In this document: in pieces, positions 7,955 to 17,143 of the stretch | Position numbering within the stretch: the stretch's first letter is position 1 | How the letters are laid out: each line of letters opens with the position of its first letter | IMG/VR virus record: IMGVR_UViG_3300031951_000129 | Direction: 5' to 3' (one strand) | Source of the DNA: an uncultured virus (IMG/VR IMGVR_UViG_3300031951_000129) | Taxonomy: Duplodnaviria > Heunggongvirae > Uroviricota > Caudoviricetes | Length of the DNA stretch: 64,000 nucleotides | Translations under genes and position numbers: made by a program | The notes under the pieces: model-generated | What the model was told of the DNA's origin: nothing | The model's input: the letters and a program-made list of their open reading frames with translations, nothing else | Databases searched by the model: none

Positions 7955-8470
7955 TATCTCGCGCATGAATGGCTCGGGAGGGGTCTCTGCGTCCGGTGCG
8001 ATCCGGGCGTCGTTATGCGGGGTGCATAACCCGCAGGTGCAGACCACGCTGTTTATCAGCCCTGATGCGGGGCGACCAAGTGACAACGCTAGGCGGCGCA
8101 CGGACAAGTCCCCGTGTGCAACCGATGATGCTAGACGACCTGCTGAGCCATTGCGTCGGGGTGACGGAAAAGCCCCGCCCGCCGTGCTCACGTCGGAGTG
8201 AAGTAGTCACCACCACCCCGTTATGCGCGACGCATAACAGAGCCGGGCCGGGAGCCCTGCCGGGGTGACGACGAACTTGCCTAAGAAGCCACTGATTGAT
8301 CCGCACCCGTGGGGTGCGACCCCTGCGCCGACATGCACAGGGCCCGACGTCGAGAACAACACCGCAACATGACGCGAGAAGCACCGGCAGGCGTTCAACG
8401 AAAAGACAAGGACAAGACCAAGCGACAATGACATTCACCCTGCGGCGCCGAACAGTGCCGCAGGGTACAA
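7955..8470 (+). ncRNA. Candidate large structured non-coding RNA or leader
   Basis: No convincing ORF downstream of a strong promoter. Long-range helices 7968-7977/8143-8152 and 8256-8263/8384-8391, hairpin 8437-8466 and several further hairpins. Confidence 0.5.
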
Positions 8471-8526
8471 CAAAGGAGAAAGGCCATGCTGACAACATAC
8501 CGATCAAAAACCAGCGGGGTAGGGTG

Positions 8527-8745
8527 ATGGCAAAGACGTTCAAGGCTCCGATAGCCCTCGGTTATGGCCGCGCCGATGGGAGTGGGTCATCTGGGCGAGG
8601 GAACGGGCCCGGCGGTGGTGCCGCGAGCAACCCGCGAGGCGTGGTCGACGGCCGAGGATACGACGCCGATAGCACAAAAATGGAGAGTTACGGCGACGGC
8701 ATGTGTATTGCATACGGCGGCGATGACGGAAAAGGCACGGGATAA
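8527..8745 (+). CDS. Gly-rich small protein 8
   Basis: LGYGRADGSGSSGRGNGPGGG...GKGTG; coupled (TGATG) to a 13-aa upstream ORF at 8486-8527. Confidence 0.65.
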   Translation: MAKTFKAPIALGYGRADGSGSSGRGNGPGGGAASNPRGVVDGRGYDADSTKMESYGDGMCIAYGGDDGKGTG

Positions 8746-8763
8746 CGGAGGACCACAACCAAA

Positions 8764-9114
8764 ATGAACCACCCAATCAACGAGAAGATCGTCGCGACAT
8801 CGCGAGAACTCATCGCGCTCAGTGAGCGCAAGATCGAGACCCTGCAGCAGATGATCCGCTGCATCCTCATCGCCGACATGCTCGGGCTCAAGGCCAACGA
8901 GGTCACGGGCCGGGTGTCGTACCGCGTCGACCGGAACGACGGCATCTTTCAGCCATGGCGCAACGCCACGATCCACATCACCCGCGATGGTGTCGAGGTG
9001 CTCGTCGCGCCGCTGCGCACCGCCGCACTGGAACTCTGGCCGGAAGATCTCCGTGCCAGCTACGGACGGCACATGCGTGCCGAAGAAGCCCGCCGCGTTA
9101 TGCGGGACGCATAA
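8764..9114 (+). CDS. Hypothetical protein
   Basis: GGAGG RBS; stop lies in a palindrome. Confidence 0.75.
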   Translation: MNHPINEKIVATSRELIALSERKIETLQQMIRCILIADMLGLKANEVTGRVSYRVDRNDGIFQPWRNATIHITRDGVEVLVAPLRTAALELWPEDLRASYGRHMRAEEARRVMRDA

Positions 9115-9136
9115 CCCCAACCCAAGGAGACAAGAC

Positions 9137-10030
9137 ATGAACTTCATTGCAGAGCCGACTGTGTCGGCCCCCTCTATCGCCTCGTCGTCCATGCTGGTGT
9201 CGCTGTCGATCAGCGTCTGGACCGGCCGGAAGAAGGACCGCGAGGCGACCGACGAGGTCCTCACCGACAACGGCGCCACCCGCGCCGCCGGTGCATTCTC
9301 GAAGAACCTGATGGCGGACTGCGCCGAACTGGATGCCGTCAAGAAGTTTGCGTCCGCTGTGCGTACGTCGCACCTGCAGTCGACCATGCCGTGGTCGGAC
9401 ACGGACATGCGGCTCGTCACCACCGCGCGGTACTTCGCCCATGCCAAGCAGATGACGGGCTTCCAGCAGGAGTTCGACAAGCTGGTCGAGAAGTTCCTCG
9501 CCGTCTACGACTGGCGCGTCGCCGATGCCGCCGCCAAGCTGGGCAGCCTGTTCAACAGGGACGAGTACCCCACGGTCGAGGGCCTGCGGTCGAAGTTTGC
9601 CTTCAAGCTGGCCTATCTGCCGGTGCCCGAGGCGGGTGACTGGCGTGTCGACATCGACGCGCAGGCGAAGGAGGCGCTGAAGGAGCAGTACAAGGCGTTC
9701 TACGCAGAGCAGATGGAGCGCGCGATGCGCAACGTCTGGGAGCGACTGCACACAGAGGCAAGCCGCCTTGTGTCGCAGCTGGACACCGATGCCGAGGGCA
9801 AGAAGGGGCGCATCTACGAGAGCACAATCGAGACCGTGCAGACGCTGGCCGAGATGCTGGAGGAAGCCAACTACACCGGCGACCCCAACCTGCAGCTGGC
9901 GCAGCGCCGCATCCAGAGCGCGCTGGCAGGCGTGACCCGCGAGGACCTCGTGGCCAACCCGAAGTTCCGCGCCGATACCAAGACCCGCATGGAGGAGGCG
10001 ATCAAGGCCCTGCCGTCGTTGGACTGGTGA
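9137..10030 (+). CDS. Conserved helical phage protein (DUF3150-like) associated with the AAA/vWA module
   Basis: AAGGAG RBS; MLVSLSISVWTGRKKD...LFNRDEYP motif and gene context. Confidence 0.6.
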   Translation: MNFIAEPTVSAPSIASSSMLVSLSISVWTGRKKDREATDEVLTDNGATRAAGAFSKNLMADCAELDAVKKFASAVRTSHLQSTMPWSDTDMRLVTTARYFAHAKQMTGFQQEFDKLVEKFLAVYDWRVADAAAKLGSLFNRDEYPTVEGLRSKFAFKLAYLPVPEAGDWRVDIDAQAKEALKEQYKAFYAEQMERAMRNVWERLHTEASRLVSQLDTDAEGKKGRIYESTIETVQTLAEMLEEANYTGDPNLQLAQRRIQSALAGVTREDLVANPKFRADTKTRMEEAIKALPSLDW

Positions 10031-10251
10031 GCCGCTTCTACGGATATGGTATCGGCGCAGGGTCTGGCCTTGTGACGTTCTCGGCGTGGATAAACGGAAA
10101 TACGTGGAGGTCCGGCCAAGGTCGGGCTCTCCAAACAGACGACGCTATGTCTGGCGAAAGTTACGGCTTTGGCTGTATATCTGGCGCTGGACAAACTGAC
10201 GGTTATGGTGTAGGTTACGGCGTACTGAGCAACGACGCCACCGACGAGTAA
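10027..10251 (+). CDS. Gly-rich small protein 9
   Basis: GTGA overlap; FYGYGIGAGSG...GYGVGYG; lower GC than its flanks. Confidence 0.65.
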   Translation: MSRFYGYGIGAGSGLVTFSAWINGNTWRSGQGRALQTDDAMSGESYGFGCISGAGQTDGYGVGYGVLSNDATDE

Positions 10252-10316
10252 CAAGCGAAACTGGTATAGTAGAACGCGGGTTATGCAGCCCGCATAAAAC
10301 CCAACGGAGATACGAC

Positions 10317-11402
10317 ATGCAAAATACTTACGCTCTGGGCTTCAACCAGATCACGAACCTCATTGCCACGATTGGCACCGACATCGCGGTGCTCGCCGAG
10401 GGCGACATGGGCACCGGCAAGTCGTCGATGCTGACTGCGCTGGCCGAGCGGTTTCCCAACCACGTCCCCTGCTACTTCGACTGCACGACCAAGTCGGACG
10501 GCGACGTGATGCTGCCGAAGATGAAGGACATCGACGGCAATGACTTCGTCCGTTACGCGACCAACGAGGAACTCGGTCTGCACCTGACCGACCGCCCCGT
10601 CATCATCATGGTCGACGAGTACGGCAAGGCCATCAAGCCCGTGCAGAATGCGCTGCTGCGTCTCATGCAGGAGCGGCAGGTCGGTCCCTACAAGCTGCAC
10701 CCCGAGAGCCTCGTGTTCGCCACGACCAACCTCGGTGCCGAGGGCGTGGGCGACATCATCCCGCCGCACGGTCGCAACCGTGTGATGGTCGTCCGGGCCC
10801 GCAAGCCCGACGCCACCGAGTGGATCGAGTGGGGCATCAACAACGGCATCGAGCCCATCGTGCTGTCGTTCGTGCGGGAGTTCCCGCAGGTCCTGCAGTC
10901 CTTCACTGACGTCCGCGCCCCGGACGACAACCCGTACATCTTCCACCCGCAGGCGCAGCGTGCGGCCTTCGTCACGCCGCGGTCTCTGCACAAGGCGTCG
11001 ACCCTGCTGCAGCGCAGGGACAAGCTCGACGACGCCACCGTCACGGCGGGTCTGATCGGGCTCGTGGGCGCTCCGGCGGCCATGGACATGATGGCCTACA
11101 TCCACCTCGCCGACGAGTTGCCCAAGCTGAACGACGTCAAGAACCACCCCGACACGGCGAAGGTGCCGAACAGCGTCGCGGCTGTCTGCATGATGGTCTA
11201 CCGCACCCTGTCCACGGTCGAGGCCAGCTGGCTGGATGCGTGGATGCAGTACCTCGAACGCCTGCCAGCCGAGGCGCAGGGCATGTTCGCCAACGGTGTC
11301 CGCGCCACCGGGTACAAGCAGCAGGGCATGGTCATGACCAACAAGCGCTTCACCGCTTGGGCCCGGCAGAACTCGTTCCTGTTCGCTGCGGACAAGGTGT
11401 GA
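10317..11402 (+). CDS. MoxR/AAA_5-like ATPase
   Basis: Walker A GDMGTGKS, Walker B IIMVDE, sensor FATTN, TPRSL motif. Confidence 0.85.
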   Translation: MQNTYALGFNQITNLIATIGTDIAVLAEGDMGTGKSSMLTALAERFPNHVPCYFDCTTKSDGDVMLPKMKDIDGNDFVRYATNEELGLHLTDRPVIIMVDEYGKAIKPVQNALLRLMQERQVGPYKLHPESLVFATTNLGAEGVGDIIPPHGRNRVMVVRARKPDATEWIEWGINNGIEPIVLSFVREFPQVLQSFTDVRAPDDNPYIFHPQAQRAAFVTPRSLHKASTLLQRRDKLDDATVTAGLIGLVGAPAAMDMMAYIHLADELPKLNDVKNHPDTAKVPNSVAAVCMMVYRTLSTVEASWLDAWMQYLERLPAEAQGMFANGVRATGYKQQGMVMTNKRFTAWARQNSFLFAADKV

Positions 11403-11451
11403 GTAAGGAGGCAAACACCAGCAAGGAAACAATCCACAGGAGGTCGCTGAC

Positions 11452-11946
11452 GTGGCCTTTAGACTTCCAAACCAAGGGTCCGGCGCAGGTAATGGCGCCG
11501 GGTCCAGCTTAGGCAGCGGCCATGGCTACGGCTATGCCGCGCAATACCCAGACGGAACGGCTCCGGGCGCAAGATCGCCATACGGGTATTCAACATCGAA
11601 ACCCCTCACAATCCCAAGGATAGCACTCATGTCCAAGATCTATGACCACCTGATCGGCACCCCGGTCATCATCCGCGCCAACGACAGCGGCGTGCACTAC
11701 GGCACGCTTGTGTCCGGAGAGGACACCACGGTGCGGCTCAAGGACAGCCGCCGCCTGTGGCGCTGGAAGATCGCCGGTGACGGCGTGTCCCTGTCCGAAG
11801 TCGCCATTCAGGGCATCGACCAGAAGGAGAGCAAGATCACCAAGGTCCTCCCCGACCTCGTCGTGTTCGGCATCTGCGAAATCATCCCCGCGCACGGGAT
11901 GGCCATCGCCACCATCGAAGGCGCCCCGGACGCTAAGGCGGAATGA
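11452..11946 (+). CDS. DUF6948-like small beta protein (core 11629-11946) with in-frame Gly-rich N-terminal extension
   Basis: VIIRANDSGVHYGTL...VRLKDSRRLWRW...SLSEVAIQG...EIIP core. Two in-frame starts (GTG 11452, ATG 11629), each with an RBS. Confidence 0.75.
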   Translation: MAFRLPNQGSGAGNGAGSSLGSGHGYGYAAQYPDGTAPGARSPYGYSTSKPLTIPRIALMSKIYDHLIGTPVIIRANDSGVHYGTLVSGEDTTVRLKDSRRLWRWKIAGDGVSLSEVAIQGIDQKESKITKVLPDLVVFGICEIIPAHGMAIATIEGAPDAKAE

Positions 11947-12164
11947 CGAAAGTCTGGACTTTCACCACGACGTACGAGGATGAGATTTCCTGCGCGGCGT
12001 TCAGCACTCTTGCTGCCGCCAAACAAGCGTTCCGTGCGTTTGTATGCGACCTGTGGGAACTTGATCGCCCGATGCCGGACGACCCCGCCGACGCATGGCG
12101 CGTGTTGCATGTCGAAACCGGCCTTGTTGGGGGGGCCGCGCAGATCGACGAGCACGACATATAA
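11943..12164 (+). CDS. Hypothetical protein
   Basis: ATGA overlap with the preceding gene. Confidence 0.6.
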   Translation: MTKVWTFTTTYEDEISCAAFSTLAAAKQAFRAFVCDLWELDRPMPDDPADAWRVLHVETGLVGGAAQIDEHDI

Positions 12165-12194
12165 CGAACCAGCGGGGCGCGTTATGTGCCCCGC

Positions 12195-12471
12195 ATAACC
12201 CCGAAGGGAGACGACAATGGCAACGTTTAGGATAAAGGCAGAGGTGGTGGTTACGTACCTCTACGACGTCGAAGCCGACACCATTGCTGACGCTATTTCC
12301 GCCGTCGAAGACGGCGACGAAGACGACTGCATGGAGCACGACAGCACCGCGCCGCGCGCTGTCGAATACACCGTCGAAGGGCAGATGGGGTGGAACGAAG
12401 TGACCGACGCCACGCGCGGCGCTGACTGCGGACTGAACCTCAACGAATAACCCCGAAGGGAGACGACAATG
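12195..12471 (+). repeat. 25-bp exact direct repeat flanking a small gene
   Basis: ATAACCCCGAAGGGAGACGACAATG at 12195-12219 and 12447-12471. Confidence 0.9.
12217..12450 (+). CDS. Small acidic hypothetical protein
   Basis: GGGAG RBS; lies between the two repeats. Confidence 0.75.
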   Translation: MATFRIKAEVVVTYLYDVEADTIADAISAVEDGDEDDCMEHDSTAPRAVEYTVEGQMGWNEVTDATRGADCGLNLNE

Positions 12472-13710
12472 CCTGCACTCACTGCTGAACAGCGGCTCCA
12501 GAAAGCCGTGATCGACATCACCGCCAACCCCACCTATCGGTGGATGGCTGGCATCATGCTTCTCGGTCGGCGATTGGTCGTCGACAACGTGCCCACCGCC
12601 TGCACCAACGGGCGAGACGAGTTCTACGGCCGCGCCTTCGTCGACAGCCTGAACGACGCCGAGCTGCGGTTCCTCGTCATCCACGAGATCAAGCACAAGC
12701 TGTACCGCCACCTCGTCACGTGGAAGTGGATCTGGGACGAAGACCCGACGCTCGCCAACATGTCCTGCGACTACGTCATCAACGCCGAGATTGTCGACGA
12801 GACCAAGGCCACCAAGTTTGCGACCATGACCGGCCCGCTGACCATGGGCTGCTACGACGCCAAGTACCTCGGGTGGGACAGCGCCCGTGTATACCGCGAC
12901 CTGCAGAAGAAACACGGCACCCGGTCCGAGCGTGCGCAGAAGGGCCAAGGCCAAGGCCAAGGTCAAGGTCAGGGTAACGGCCCGGGCATCCCCGGTGCCG
13001 GTTCGCCGCTCGACGAGCACGACTGGGAAGGCGCGCAGAACATGTCCGCCGAGGAAAAGCGGCAGCTGGCGCGCGACGTCGAGGACGCCATCCGGCAGGG
13101 CATCATCGCTGCAGGCAAGACAGGCAGCGGCGGCGACCGCGACTTCAGCGACCTGCTGGCCCCGCAGCAGGACTGGAAGGAGGCGCTGCGCGAGTTCGTG
13201 ACCGAGACCTGCGCTGGCCACGACAGCACGACGTGGCGCAGGCCCAACCGTCGGTTCCTCTCCGCCGACATGTACATGCCGAGCGGTATCTCGGAACGCG
13301 TCGGCGAGATTGTCATCGCTCCCGACATGTCGGGCTCCATCGGCGCCAAGGAGGTGCAGCGCATCCTGTCCGAGACCAAGGCCATCGCCGAGACTGTCCG
13401 CCCCGAGGTCGTCAACATCCTCTACTGGGACACCGCCGTGTGTCAGGCAGAGCGGTACGAGACGACGCAGCTGGACAGCATGATTGCGACGACGACGCCC
13501 AAGGGCGGCGGTGGCACCATGGTCGAGTGCGTGCCGGACTACATGCGGGCGCATCGCATCAAGGCGCAGTGCGCGGTCGTGTTCACCGACGGCTACCTCG
13601 GTGGCACATTCGGGCAGTGGGACTGCCCGGTGCTGTGGGTCATCGTCGACAACAAGGCGTGCCAGCCGCCCTTCGGCAAGGTCGTGCACGTCTCATCCGG
13701 TCAGTTCTGA
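12469..13710 (+). CDS. Metallopeptidase-like plus vWA domain protein (DUF2201-like)
   Basis: TACTNG, HEIKH (HExxH), Gly/Gln linker, MIDAS-like DMSGS, GGGGT and FTDGY. Confidence 0.85.
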   Translation: MPALTAEQRLQKAVIDITANPTYRWMAGIMLLGRRLVVDNVPTACTNGRDEFYGRAFVDSLNDAELRFLVIHEIKHKLYRHLVTWKWIWDEDPTLANMSCDYVINAEIVDETKATKFATMTGPLTMGCYDAKYLGWDSARVYRDLQKKHGTRSERAQKGQGQGQGQGQGNGPGIPGAGSPLDEHDWEGAQNMSAEEKRQLARDVEDAIRQGIIAAGKTGSGGDRDFSDLLAPQQDWKEALREFVTETCAGHDSTTWRRPNRRFLSADMYMPSGISERVGEIVIAPDMSGSIGAKEVQRILSETKAIAETVRPEVVNILYWDTAVCQAERYETTQLDSMIATTTPKGGGGTMVECVPDYMRAHRIKAQCAVVFTDGYLGGTFGQWDCPVLWVIVDNKACQPPFGKVVHVSSGQF

Positions 13711-13886
13711 TGGCACGGGGTGATCTGGCGCAGCGCCTGCAATGGGCGCTGCAAGACGGCGAGGCTTCCGAGTTCACGATTGAGGTCTCGCAGCCTGCGT
13801 ACACGCAGGAGACCCCGGACGGGGTGTGGGTACAAGCATGGGTGCTGGTGCCCCATGGCTACTTCGATGAGGAGGACGACGAATGA
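13710..13886 (+). CDS. Hypothetical protein
   Basis: TGATG coupling; GVWVQAWVLVP. Confidence 0.65.
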   Translation: MARGDLAQRLQWALQDGEASEFTIEVSQPAYTQETPDGVWVQAWVLVPHGYFDEEDDE

Positions 13887-14059
13887 GCCCAGAGTATGGG
13901 TTGCACGACCTGATAGGCCAGCAAGTGCTGGCCTACGCCGCACGCTATGGTGTGCCCGCGGCCGCGGTGCACTACGGCCTGCACCCATCCACCATCTACA
14001 ACTGGCGCCGTGCTTATGCGCCGCGCATAACAAAGGAGACGACCGATGCCCAGACTTAA
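13883..14059 (+). CDS. Small helix-turn-helix protein (58 aa)
   Basis: Manual translation gives ...YGVPAAAVHYGLHPSTIYNWRR..., an HTH pattern; GGAGG RBS, ATGA overlap. Confidence 0.65.
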   Translation: MSPEYGLHDLIGQQVLAYAARYGVPAAAVHYGLHPSTIYNWRRAYAPRITKETTDAQT

Positions 14060-15047
14060 TTGCTTCGCTGATGTTGCCGATTGGTACAACCGCACACCGG
14101 TGTTGCGATCCAAATTCGGCCGCGAGCACGACATCCGCCCGCTGGATCGGCGTGACCGCAAGTGGCGCATCGCCAAGCTGGACGACAATACCTACGTCGT
14201 GTTTGATGGGCACACTTACGGCGATCCGGCGTTTCCGGCATATGCATACGGTACGTCGTGCGCACCGACCCGCGAAGACGCCGAGCATTTCGCCGCGGTT
14301 GTGTGGAAGCGGCACGCGGACGGTACCGAGACGCTCAAGGTGCGCGGCGCATCGTATCCGAACGCGAAGCCGCATAGCCGCATCCCTGTGCTCAACATTG
14401 CGCTTCCGTGGTGGGCCACGGTGCACACCCCCAACCGCGACGGCAATCACGTGCTGCGCATCAACCGGAGCACTGCGGAGACTTCAGCCCTCCCGCGCGA
14501 CACGGTACTGACCCCCAGTCGCGCTATTCCCGACGCCGTACACGCCGCGTGCATGGCGTCCAAGATATGGATTGCTGAACGTACCGTACCGGCCAGCCAA
14601 GACGAACCCGCCACGGTGTTCCGCCGCCATCCGGACGGGAAGTGGGAACTGGTATCCGAGCGGCGTGGCCCGCGGAAGTGGCGCGTCGACAAGGAGCGCA
14701 AAGCAGAGCTAGCCGCCGACATCCGCGCGTTCTGGGAGTGGGGCAGCATCATGCTCCCCATGCTGCTCCCGATGTACGCCAGCGTGCGTGGTTGTCCGAA
14801 TACACCGCTGGCAGACGCGGACGAGTCAGCCCGCATCCTGCTGAACAACGACGCAGACACCGCACTCGTGCGGGAAATTCTCACAACGCCCGACCACCCC
14901 ATGCGCGTCGAGCTGCTTCTGCTCATGGTGTACAAGGCCGAAGGGTGGTCGTGGGCGACCGTGGCTTCCGATGTCCTAATATCGAAAGGAAAGAAGCAGC
15001 TTGACCGTCGGCTCGGTCTGTATCGCAAAATGGAGGTAAAGGAGTAG
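14046..15047 (+). CDS. Hypothetical protein
   Basis: AAGGAG RBS, long ORF. Confidence 0.75.
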   Translation: MPRLNCFADVADWYNRTPVLRSKFGREHDIRPLDRRDRKWRIAKLDDNTYVVFDGHTYGDPAFPAYAYGTSCAPTREDAEHFAAVVWKRHADGTETLKVRGASYPNAKPHSRIPVLNIALPWWATVHTPNRDGNHVLRINRSTAETSALPRDTVLTPSRAIPDAVHAACMASKIWIAERTVPASQDEPATVFRRHPDGKWELVSERRGPRKWRVDKERKAELAADIRAFWEWGSIMLPMLLPMYASVRGCPNTPLADADESARILLNNDADTALVREILTTPDHPMRVELLLLMVYKAEGWSWATVASDVLISKGKKQLDRRLGLYRKMEVKE

Positions 15048-15049
15048 CC

Positions 15050-15715
15050 ATGCCCTATAGTCAGGCATTCATTGACCGGCACCGCGACATCAACGTCGAC
15101 TACCATTGGTGGGATCAGGTCTACGACGACTTCAAAGAGATCTGCGACATGCTCGGTTTGCAGTTGCAGAACCACGAGCCGCAGTTCAGTGGCTTCTGTT
15201 CGCAGGGTGACGGTGCGTCGTTCGCTGGCATCTACCGCGGCGTCACCTACGCCACCAACGAGATCAAGAAGCGGTACGAGACGGCTCCGGATGATATCCG
15301 GCGCCACGCGCCAGAAGACACCCAGCTGCACGCCATCGCCGACGATCTGTGCACGCTCAACCGCGTGTACACGCCCATGTTCGTCAGCATCAGCCGCCCC
15401 TATGCCTCGGGGTCGCATGTCTACGCCGAGACCATGCACGCAGAAGTTGACCACTTCTGGGGCGACGAGGGCTGGCAGGACAACTACGATTCCGACAAGG
15501 ACACGCAACGCTGGGCAGACGACGTCGTACGCCAGATAAACGACCAGCTGACGGACATATTCCGCCGACTGGCTGGCTGGCTCTACAACACACTGGAAGA
15601 GGAGTACATGTATCTTACTAGCGACGAGGCGATAGTCGACGCGCTGGAAGCCAACGACATCGTTGAAGAACAAGACGACGAAGACGAAGAACCCGCCGTT
15701 ATGCAGACGGCATAA
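15050..15715 (+). CDS. Conserved acidic hypothetical protein (FSGFCSQGDGASF motif)
   Basis: AAGGAG RBS; motif recalled from phage/plasmid early genes; function unknown. Confidence 0.75.
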   Translation: MPYSQAFIDRHRDINVDYHWWDQVYDDFKEICDMLGLQLQNHEPQFSGFCSQGDGASFAGIYRGVTYATNEIKKRYETAPDDIRRHAPEDTQLHAIADDLCTLNRVYTPMFVSISRPYASGSHVYAETMHAEVDHFWGDEGWQDNYDSDKDTQRWADDVVRQINDQLTDIFRRLAGWLYNTLEEEYMYLTSDEAIVDALEANDIVEEQDDEDEEPAVMQTA

Positions 15716-15735
15716 CCCAACCAAGGAGACACCCA

Positions 15736-16485
15736 ATGTCATTCGGACTGAACATGTACGACTGCGGCGTGAGCAAAATCGACAGCCACGCCGAGGCTCT
15801 CGCCTTCTACAACAGCTGCCGTGTGAAGCGCGGCAATATCGACACCGACCCCCGACCGATCCGGGGCAAGGAGCGCAGCCCCATGGACATCCGCGTCAAG
15901 CACGGCAACGTCATCTTCCGCTACCACCGCACCGATGTAGTGACGTGGCGCCCGGACGACAGCTACACCGTCCAGTGCTGGGCCTCGCAGTCGACCGCCA
16001 TGTTCGCAAGCTGCTTCATCCCGTGGAAGCTTGACTCCTTCAATCTGTCGACCGTGCTCAGGGTACGCGACACGCTCTACCCTGTGGTGGACCGCATCAC
16101 CGTGCACGCTGACGGTCGCGTCGACACCACGGCGGTCTTTAGCCGGCAGGTCATCAACCGGGCCAACGCCAAGCAGGCGCTGGCGTCGACGCGCTACGCC
16201 GACTACGTGGCATGGTACAAGCTGATGTGGCCGATGGTGCGGGGCTCTCGGCACAACCCGTATCAGTTCGCGTCGGTGCGGTATTACTACGTCAAGGACG
16301 TGCTGGCGGACGACGCGAACTGGCACAACCTCATGATGGGACCAAACGGACGCCCCGACGAAATCCGCAACGCGCTCTACACAGCGCTGGACCACGAGTT
16401 CGCTGTCTACGACACGGTACAGGAGGCGTCCTTGCCGTACCGCTCAAACCTCAAGCCATGGAGCGTTGAAAGGGAGTCCGTATGA
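15736..16485 (+). CDS. Hypothetical protein
   Basis: AAGGAG RBS after a palindrome. Confidence 0.75.
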   Translation: MSFGLNMYDCGVSKIDSHAEALAFYNSCRVKRGNIDTDPRPIRGKERSPMDIRVKHGNVIFRYHRTDVVTWRPDDSYTVQCWASQSTAMFASCFIPWKLDSFNLSTVLRVRDTLYPVVDRITVHADGRVDTTAVFSRQVINRANAKQALASTRYADYVAWYKLMWPMVRGSRHNPYQFASVRYYYVKDVLADDANWHNLMMGPNGRPDEIRNALYTALDHEFAVYDTVQEASLPYRSNLKPWSVERESV

Positions 16486-16829
16486 AGTCCCGCATAAGCG
16501 AGCTACGCCTGCTGGCGCAGGAGCTGGAAATACAGCGGCTGGTCAGCATGATCTGCGATATTGACAACGACCGCGTGTGGAGTGTCCGCGTTCCAGACAA
16601 GGGTCAAGTCACTATGGTGTACATCGGATACGCACCGCTAGACGGTGCACGGTCGTTGTTTTATTCAACAGCCGACGCGCTGCCAGAGTGGGTCAAGGAT
16701 CGCATCGCTGTGCTCCGCATGTTGCCTCCGTCGCCGTCTAGCAGCGCGGTGTACAATGTAGGCCGGAGGGTTGACAAGACGACGTACTGGGTTGTAGAGT
16801 CGCCGAAGGGAGAACAGGAGCCGACATGA
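16482..16829 (+). CDS. Hypothetical protein
   Basis: ATGA overlaps on both sides. Confidence 0.7.
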   Translation: MKSRISELRLLAQELEIQRLVSMICDIDNDRVWSVRVPDKGQVTMVYIGYAPLDGARSLFYSTADALPEWVKDRIAVLRMLPPSPSSSAVYNVGRRVDKTTYWVVESPKGEQEPT

Positions 16830-17143
16830 CCCCAGAAGGTAAAGTGAAGAAGGCTGTCACTGCGCAGCTTGTATCTTTGGGGGCATACTACTTCTCTCCA
16901 GTTACGGGTGGTTTCGGGCGCAGCGGTGTGCCCGATATCATCGCGTGCTACCACGGGTTTTTTGTCGCCATCGAATGCAAGACCGGTAACAAGAAGCCAA
17001 CCGCGCTGCAGATGTCTAACATCGAACGTATTCAGCGCTCCGGCGGGCTTGCGCTCGTCGTCAACGAAAGCAACATGCACCATGTCGCCTCCATGATCGT
17101 GGCGGCGTACGATATCTTCATTTCTGAAAGGACACCGAAGTGA
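16826..17143 (+). CDS. VRR-NUC family nuclease / resolvase
   Basis: TPEGKVK...GVPDIIAC...FVAIECK...TALQ motif. Confidence 0.85.
   Translation: MTPEGKVKKAVTAQLVSLGAYYFSPVTGGFGRSGVPDIIACYHGFFVAIECKTGNKKPTALQMSNIERIQRSGGLALVVNESNMHHVASMIVAAYDIFISERTPK

Noticed and set aside
7955..8470. tRNA, tmRNA or hammerhead ribozyme
   Set aside because: No cloverleaf with T-loop/CCA and no intact CUGAUGA...GAAA core was found by eye.
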